Positions 58,385 to 64,000 of a stretch of DNA of 64,000 bases are shown piece after piece (positions within the stretch are counted from its first letter, which is position 1; each line of letters starts with the position of its first letter). Position numbers and translations under genes: made by a program. This DNA is from an uncultured Flavobacteriales bacterium. Lineage in GTDB: Bacteria; Bacteroidota; Bacteroidia; Flavobacteriales; BACL11. The stretch covers positions 47,605-111,604 of the forward strand of contig CAJQJY010000014.1 of assembly GCA_905478765.1 (NCBI GenBank). Direction: 5' to 3'. Under the pieces are notes generated by a model that saw nothing but the letters and a program-made list of their open reading frames with translations, ran no database searches and was not told the DNA's origin.

Positions 58385-59783
58385 ATTACTTATTTTAGTT
58401 TTCTTTCCTTTTTGTTTGATTGGTCAGATTTCTAGCTTTAAACCTTATCCATATACACAATTCTCAAACTACTTTTTAGATACGATTACTTCTTATGATT
58501 CTGATATAAATCAGCATATTGAGTTAGGCTCAAGAATCAACTCTAAGATTAATTATCGTGATAATAAGATGTATAGTAGTTTACTTTTAGGTAAAGTTTT
58601 TTCAGCTAATCTTAAAAATAAGATTACACTTAATTCTAATCTCGATCATCTAATTGGAGATTTCCATCCATTAAATCAGCATCTTGCTGATTCTCTAGAT
58701 TTATATTTCCCTACTTATGGAGATAAAAGGTTTAGATGGCAATTTAATTTAAAGTATAAGGTAAATAAATTTATAACTGCAGATTTTGGAAAAGGCAGGC
58801 ATTTTATTGGAAATGGTTATCGTTCACTTTTATTGTCTGCTAATCATACCCCTTACCCTTACTTAAGATTGACAACAGAATTCGGTAGAGTTAAGTACTA
58901 TAATTTATATACAACTTTCTTAAATCCTAATCAAAGTGATTTTGGAAGAAAGAAACATTCAACTATTCATTTTTTAGATTTTGCTATAACTGAGAATATT
59001 CACTTTGGAGTTTTTGAAAGTATTTTATGGCAATCAAAATCAGAAGAAGTTAATAAAGGCTTTGAGTTTGCTTATCTTAATCCTATCATTTTTTATCGTC
59101 CGGTGGAGTTTTCAAAACAATCTAGTAAAGGTAATGCTTTGATGGGCGCTAATTTTAATGCTACGTTCAATACAACTCTTATATATGGGCAGGCAGTGCT
59201 TGATGATATTAATATTTCACGCCAAAAAGATAGTGATGTAGAAGATTATGAAGAAGGGTTTTTTCAAAATAAGTTTGGGTTTCAGATTGGAGTACAAACT
59301 AAATATAAAGGAGTTGATTTATTAGCTGAGTACAATCAAGTCCAACCTTATACTTATGGGCATAGAACAATATTGCAAAATTATTCTCATATGAACGAAG
59401 CTTTAGCTCATCCTTTGGGAGCCAATTTTAAGGAAGTAGTTTTGGTGGCCAATTATAAAAAAGATAAATGGATGTATAGCATTAAAGTTACAACTTCAAA
59501 AGTAGGTTTGGATTCGTTAGACACTCATTATGGACAGAATATCTTTGAATCAGATTATGAAGCAAGTACAGGGGGTCAATATTCTTATGGGAACTATAAC
59601 GGGCAAGGGTTTTTAACTCAACTAAACACTATGTATGCTGAAATCTCTTATGATTATAAAGGGTTTGATATTTTTTGTTCATTATTCTATAAAAGTAAGA
59701 AGTCTGAACTATTAGATCAGACTTCTTACTTTTATTCATTAGGATTGAGGACTTTTCCATTCTCAACATTCACTGATTATTAA
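58368..59783 (+). CDS. predicted outer-membrane beta-barrel protein, possibly Wzi-like capsule-assembly family
   Basis: Start trimmed to the ATG at 58368 (MKKHIKLLILVFFPFCLIGQ signal peptide). Alternating beta-strand-like sequence and an aromatic C-terminus (FTDY). Last gene of the glycan locus. The family call is tentative. Confidence 0.4.
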   Translation: MKKHIKLLILVFFPFCLIGQISSFKPYPYTQFSNYFLDTITSYDSDINQHIELGSRINSKINYRDNKMYSSLLLGKVFSANLKNKITLNSNLDHLIGDFHPLNQHLADSLDLYFPTYGDKRFRWQFNLKYKVNKFITADFGKGRHFIGNGYRSLLLSANHTPYPYLRLTTEFGRVKYYNLYTTFLNPNQSDFGRKKHSTIHFLDFAITENIHFGVFESILWQSKSEEVNKGFEFAYLNPIIFYRPVEFSKQSSKGNALMGANFNATFNTTLIYGQAVLDDINISRQKDSDVEDYEEGFFQNKFGFQIGVQTKYKGVDLLAEYNQVQPYTYGHRTILQNYSHMNEALAHPLGANFKEVVLVANYKKDKWMYSIKVTTSKVGLDSLDTHYGQNIFESDYEASTGGQYSYGNYNGQGFLTQLNTMYAEISYDYKGFDIFCSLFYKSKKSELLDQTSYFYSLGLRTFPFSTFTDY

Positions 59784-61381
59784 AATTCTAATTTCTCTCC
59801 ATCTTTATAAGCAACTATAAAGCTGTTAGTATACCCTTTCCTTCTCATTTCTTCTTGGAATTCCTCTGCCTCATCTAAGCTATAAAATAGCCCAGCTAAA
59901 TAAGCTGTTTTTCTCTCATCAATAGGGATTGTAATTACATGCTCTTCATTAAATAATGATACTGGAGTATCAAAATCTCCGAAAGTACCAAGGTTTAGCC
60001 TAAAGATATAAGGAGCGCCTCCTTGTGCTATTTGATCTTCCTTGCTGAATGAGCGCATTAAGTTATCTCGTGCTTTGAGGTAAGATTTGTGAATATTAAG
60101 AGCTTTTTTATCTTCTCCTTCATTTTTATAGATGTAAATTAAATTCTCATAAGCAGGTAAGAATAATCTTTCTTGTTTTATTGATTTTTTAAATAGTTTT
60201 ATGGCTTCTTTTAAATTTAAAGAAGAGGCAGTTGTGTGTTTTACACTACCATCTCTGTTTTTACGAGCAGATCTTGCTGAAAAATCAGCATAAGCAACAG
60301 CCAAATTATATGTCCATTTTTGATTGCTGTAAATTTTTGATGTGATTGCTTTTAAGTATCTTTTAGCTTGACCTAGCCCTCTTTTATCTTGCAACGCAAG
60401 GTAAGAAATTGCTAAATTTGCTCTAGAGAAGTTTAGCCCATCTTCAGATATTTTTCCTCTTTTCAATCTTTTTTCTGCATTTTTAAGATTCTTTTGAGCT
60501 GATTTATATTCTTTTTTAGCAAGAGCTTTGGCTCCTAAATTATACTCTCCAATCCCTTCTTGAATTTGAATCATACTTCTTTCATCAATTTTACTCACTT
60601 TATCAAACTGTAAGTGATCATCCTTTTTTATAATTTGTAAATTAGTTACATCTGCTTTTTTTCCTCTAGGAACAATAGCTCTTTTAATGTTATTAGTTTT
60701 AGCAACATCCTTTACTTGAGATTTTGTTTTTTTATTTTTTCTATCAAGTTTTTCAATAGCTGTTTGCATTCTATCATTAACTCTGTTTGCATCATCATCA
60801 TTTCCAGAATTTCTATAAAGTGCTTCCAGAGTTATAAATGCTTGAAAGTCAAATTCAGCTTTACGAATTAAGGCACTTAATAATGAAGCGGCTTCATTTT
60901 GATTTCCTGAAAAATAATGGCCCATAGCAATATTATAAGTCCAATTATTATCATTAAAAGCCTTTGATGTAATTAAATTTAAATATCTATTTGCTACTGC
61001 TAGATCCTCTCTATTTCCTGTTTTTGCATAAGAAAGAGCCATATTTGCATGTATGTAGTTTAGGGCATCTGGAGTTAATTTTGCTCTTTTGTAGCGCTTC
61101 ATTGCTGCCTTAAACTCAATTAAAGCTGCATCATATTCTTTATTTTCCATCAAATTAAAAGCAGCAACATAATGCTCTTCAGCTTTCTTTGTTTGGTCAA
61201 TAGTTCTCTTAGTAATGTCTTTTTGATTTTCGTATTGCAAAATCTTTTCTACATCAGATATAGGTTTCCATTCAAAGGCCGTAATTCCATCTGTATATGA
61301 GGTGTCAATAGCTGAGATAGTTGCGAAAATATTTGTCGTAAATACGATTAGAGCTATTGAAAGTATGATTCTTTTTATCAT
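59780..61381 (-). CDS. TPR-repeat protein with C-terminal SPOR-like peptidoglycan-binding domain
   Basis: Signal peptide, two duplicated ~115-aa TPR-like modules, and a C-terminal ~75 aa (YIFRLNLGTFGDF...YLAGLFYSLDEAEEFQEEMRRKGYTNSFIVAY) resembling SPOR. Confidence 0.6.
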   Translation of the reverse strand: MIKRIILSIALIVFTTNIFATISAIDTSYTDGITAFEWKPISDVEKILQYENQKDITKRTIDQTKKAEEHYVAAFNLMENKEYDAALIEFKAAMKRYKRAKLTPDALNYIHANMALSYAKTGNREDLAVANRYLNLITSKAFNDNNWTYNIAMGHYFSGNQNEAASLLSALIRKAEFDFQAFITLEALYRNSGNDDDANRVNDRMQTAIEKLDRKNKKTKSQVKDVAKTNNIKRAIVPRGKKADVTNLQIIKKDDHLQFDKVSKIDERSMIQIQEGIGEYNLGAKALAKKEYKSAQKNLKNAEKRLKRGKISEDGLNFSRANLAISYLALQDKRGLGQAKRYLKAITSKIYSNQKWTYNLAVAYADFSARSARKNRDGSVKHTTASSLNLKEAIKLFKKSIKQERLFLPAYENLIYIYKNEGEDKKALNIHKSYLKARDNLMRSFSKEDQIAQGGAPYIFRLNLGTFGDFDTPVSLFNEEHVITIPIDERKTAYLAGLFYSLDEAEEFQEEMRRKGYTNSFIVAYKDGEKLEF

Positions 61382-61423
61382 CTTATTTTTGTTTTCTTTT
61401 ATTGTGTGCCAAATTATAAAAAA

Positions 61424-64000
61424 TTATTGAAGTACAATTCTGTAATTCATAATCTGATTATTTTGTTCAACTTGAATGAAATAAATTCCTTTAGCAAATG
61501 TAGTTAAATCAATTTCTGACTTGCTATAGTCGTTACTATTGTTTTCAACTGAAAAAAGTTGATTACCTAAAGTGTTAAGGACTATGATTTTTTGAATGTT
61601 AGAACTTCCTTCAATTGTCAGTATTCCCATAGTAGGGTTTGGGTAAACACTAATATTATTGTCAAGATTATCTATTACGCTTATATTATAATTTAAGGTA
61701 TATGAAACGTCTTCACAATCTTCATCCGTAACTACTACATAGTATTCTCCAACTGATGAGGGCTCATAAATTTCAGAATTTTCCCCTGTAATTAGAGTCC
61801 CATTTGCATAATACCATTGATACGAGTCAAAACCACTAGTTGCTTCAATTGTGTTTCCACTGATCCAAATATTGATTGCTAATGGGAATGGTTCGTAAAC
61901 TATAGTTGTGTTAGTTGCTAAGCATCCATTTGAATCAGTAATAGTAAGATTGTAAATTCCAGCACATAAGTTAGTTGTATCACCTCCCCAGTCATAAGAA
62001 TAAGGTGGAGTCCCACCAGATATATTTTCAAAAACCTCCCCATCACAATCCCCATAACAACTTACAGAATCAGCATTCGTGATGCTTATGATTGGACTAG
62101 GTTGAATAATTTCAGCAGATGCTGAACTCAAACATCCATTAAAGTCAGTTACTAAATAAGTATAAGTACCTATTGAAAGATTATCAAAAACATTTGAGTT
62201 CTGATAAGTATTTCCACCATCATCAGAATAGTTATATGGGGTTAACCCCCCAGAAATAAATAGCTCAACCTGTCCATTATTTATACCATTACAGCTAACA
62301 TTAACTGTAGATGTTTGTGTATAAATTGAATCAGGGTTTGCTAGAGATATTGAGTCTGTAATAGTACATCCATTTTGATCAGTTGCAGTTATTGTGTAGT
62401 TTCCGCTAGATAAAGTCGTAATGTAAGTTGTAGCTAAATTTGACCATAAATAATCAAAACTTTGTGTTCCTCCCCAAACATTTATTGCTGCTTGAGTTGT
62501 TCCGTTATGACATAAAATTGAGTCGGTTGTTAATATAGTTGATAATGGTTGTGGTTGGTAAATATTAAAGGTATCAATAATTATTGTGATTGAGTCATCT
62601 AAAGTTAAGATATATTCTCCATAACAAAGGTTACTGATGTTAGCAGTAGATGCTGCAAACCCATTTGGTCCAGTCCAACTGTAAGTATAAGTTGAATCTC
62701 CACCATTTGCAGAAATAAATAAAGAAGCATTACAAGAATCATAACAACTTATAGTTATCACACTGTCAAGATTTAATGATAATGAAGATGGTTGGGTAAG
62801 CTCAACAAAAGTATCTAAAGAACAAGAATTACTATCAGTAATATTTAGAACATAAATTGCGCTCATCAAATTATCAATATCTTCTAAATTAGAAGAGAAA
62901 GCTAATGGATTTGTCCAATAATAAGTTAAATTACCAACCCCGCCACTAGCAGAAATATAGATACTTCCATCATTACCTGCATAAGTTGAGATATTTGAGA
63001 TGGAGTCAATTGAAAATGAAATTGTACTTGGCTCATTTATTGTTGCAGAACTATTAGCAGTACATCCATTTCCATCACTTATTGATAAGTCGTACAGTCC
63101 TGCACATAGATTTGAAATGTCTGCTGTTGTGTCTGGTAAGCTTGTCCATGTGTAAGAATATGGTAAGAGACCACCAAAAGAGCTGCTAATTATTTGACCA
63201 TCACAAATACCATTACAACTAATGTTTGTAGACGTGAGTGTTGAAACTAATTCAGTAGGTTCGTCTAGAATAATTGTATTTATGGTAGTACAACCATTAG
63301 CATCTTGAATTGAATCAGTATAACTACCAGCAGATAAATTAGAAGTTATTAATGATGATTGAAGCGATCCATTTAAATAGTTGTCAAACGGAGCTTCTCC
63401 TCCATTTATTTGAATAACAATCTCTCCATCATTTCCTCCAAAGCAAGAAATTTCATAGTCACTAAAATTAGTTGTACTGTATGTTGTGTATAAGCTGTCA
63501 GGTTGAGTTATTATAATAGTGTCATATATAGTACAACCATTTAAATCAGCAACTGTATAGGAGTATATTCCTGCAGGAACACCAATTGGAGTAGTGAAAT
63601 AATCAAAAGGGTATGGAAGGGTATAGGTTAACGTGTCCCATCCTAAAATATAATTAGTATCATTAGGAGCATTTCCAATTGTTCCGCCAAAGAAATTAAC
63701 TGTAGCTACTCCATCATTTACTCCAAAACAACTAATATTTGTTTGAGTATAAGAGGATGTTAGTTCTGCTGGTTCAGAAATTGAAAATACAATAGTATCT
63801 GAACATTGTTGCCAATTCAAGTCTGTTATAATACAAGTGTAATTTCCAGGTGTTAAATTATTGATTTCATTAGTAGTATCTCCATTATTCCAATTGTAAG
63901 AATAACTACCACTTCCATTTTGCAGTGTTAAAATACTAGCGTTTCCATCATTAAATCCATTACAAGTGATATCTACATGATTTGAGCTGTCAACTCCAAA
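61424..64000 (-). CDS. T9SS-secreted SprB-repeat surface protein (5'-truncated by window edge)
   Basis: At least 9 tandem ~75-aa SprB-type repeats (xSCxGxxDGxxxxxxxGGxxPYxYxW) and a C-terminal Por-secretion sorting domain (VYPNPTMGILTIEG...GIYFIQVEQNNQIMNYRIVLQ). The frame stays open from 63820 to 64000. Confidence 0.8.
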   Translation of the reverse strand, partial: FGVDSSNHVDITCNGFNDGNASILTLQNGSGSYSYNWNNGDTTNEINNLTPGNYTCIITDLNWQQCSDTIVFSISEPAELTSSYTQTNISCFGVNDGVATVNFFGGTIGNAPNDTNYILGWDTLTYTLPYPFDYFTTPIGVPAGIYSYTVADLNGCTIYDTIIITQPDSLYTTYSTTNFSDYEISCFGGNDGEIVIQINGGEAPFDNYLNGSLQSSLITSNLSAGSYTDSIQDANGCTTINTIILDEPTELVSTLTSTNISCNGICDGQIISSSFGGLLPYSYTWTSLPDTTADISNLCAGLYDLSISDGNGCTANSSATINEPSTISFSIDSISNISTYAGNDGSIYISASGGVGNLTYYWTNPLAFSSNLEDIDNLMSAIYVLNITDSNSCSLDTFVELTQPSSLSLNLDSVITISCYDSCNASLFISANGGDSTYTYSWTGPNGFAASTANISNLCYGEYILTLDDSITIIIDTFNIYQPQPLSTILTTDSILCHNGTTQAAINVWGGTQSFDYLWSNLATTYITTLSSGNYTITATDQNGCTITDSISLANPDSIYTQTSTVNVSCNGINNGQVELFISGGLTPYNYSDDGGNTYQNSNVFDNLSIGTYTYLVTDFNGCLSSASAEIIQPSPIISITNADSVSCYGDCDGEVFENISGGTPPYSYDWGGDTTNLCAGIYNLTITDSNGCLATNTTIVYEPFPLAINIWISGNTIEATSGFDSYQWYYANGTLITGENSEIYEPSSVGEYYVVVTDEDCEDVSYTLNYNISVIDNLDNNISVYPNPTMGILTIEGSSNIQKIIVLNTLGNQLFSVENNSNDYSKSEIDLTTFAKGIYFIQVEQNNQIMNYRIVLQ

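Noticed and set aside
61401-61413. Perfect sigma-54 -24 half-site TTTGGCACACAAT on the minus strand, upstream of the TPR-SPOR gene.
   Set aside because: The -12 position, 10 nt downstream of the GG, reads AAAA rather than GC, so it is not a functional-looking -24/-12 promoter.

Overview
AT-rich chromosomal window from a Bacteroidota genome, probably Flavobacteriia-like. This assignment is an inference from gld/T9SS genes, TAnnTTTG-type promoter boxes, A-rich rather than Shine-Dalgarno start contexts, and a dcw cluster lacking murF/ddl. I see no rRNA, tRNA, CRISPR array, IS element, integrase or recognisable defence gene.

Gene content, in order:
- 1-7.2 kb: envelope and housekeeping genes (lptB, purS, pssA, lnt, nadE, gldB-gldC, engB, a hydrolase).
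- 7.3-22.5 kb: a tightly coupled 13-gene dcw cluster, mraZ to ftsZ, preceded by three phased AGTGGGG repeats that look like a MraZ operator.
- 22.6-23.4 kb: two tandem small membrane proteins sharing a duplicated 5' leader cassette.
- 23.5-29.6 kb, minus strand: miaB, a sensor-less sigma-54 activator, an lptE-like gene, a hypothetical gene and secG, followed by groES-groEL. A sigma-54-type -24/-12 element sits in the groES leader.
- 29.8-39.0 kb: topA, an arginase-fold protein with degenerate metal motifs, and the T9SS core operon porP-gldK-gldL-gldM-gldN.
- 39.3-59.8 kb: an 18-gene co-directional surface-polysaccharide locus.
- 59.8-64.0 kb: a TPR-SPOR protein and a 5'-truncated SprB-repeat T9SS cargo gene that runs off the window.

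The polysaccharide locus is the accessory part of the window and the best candidate for something undescribed. It concatenates two complete Wzx/Wzy pathways. It also contains a teichoic-acid-type glycerol-phosphate toolkit (a GpsA-TagD fusion, a TagB/F-like glycerophosphotransferase and a TagA-like GT26) next to an amino-dideoxyhexose initiation cassette.

All functional calls rest on motif and family recognition by eye. No database search was run.
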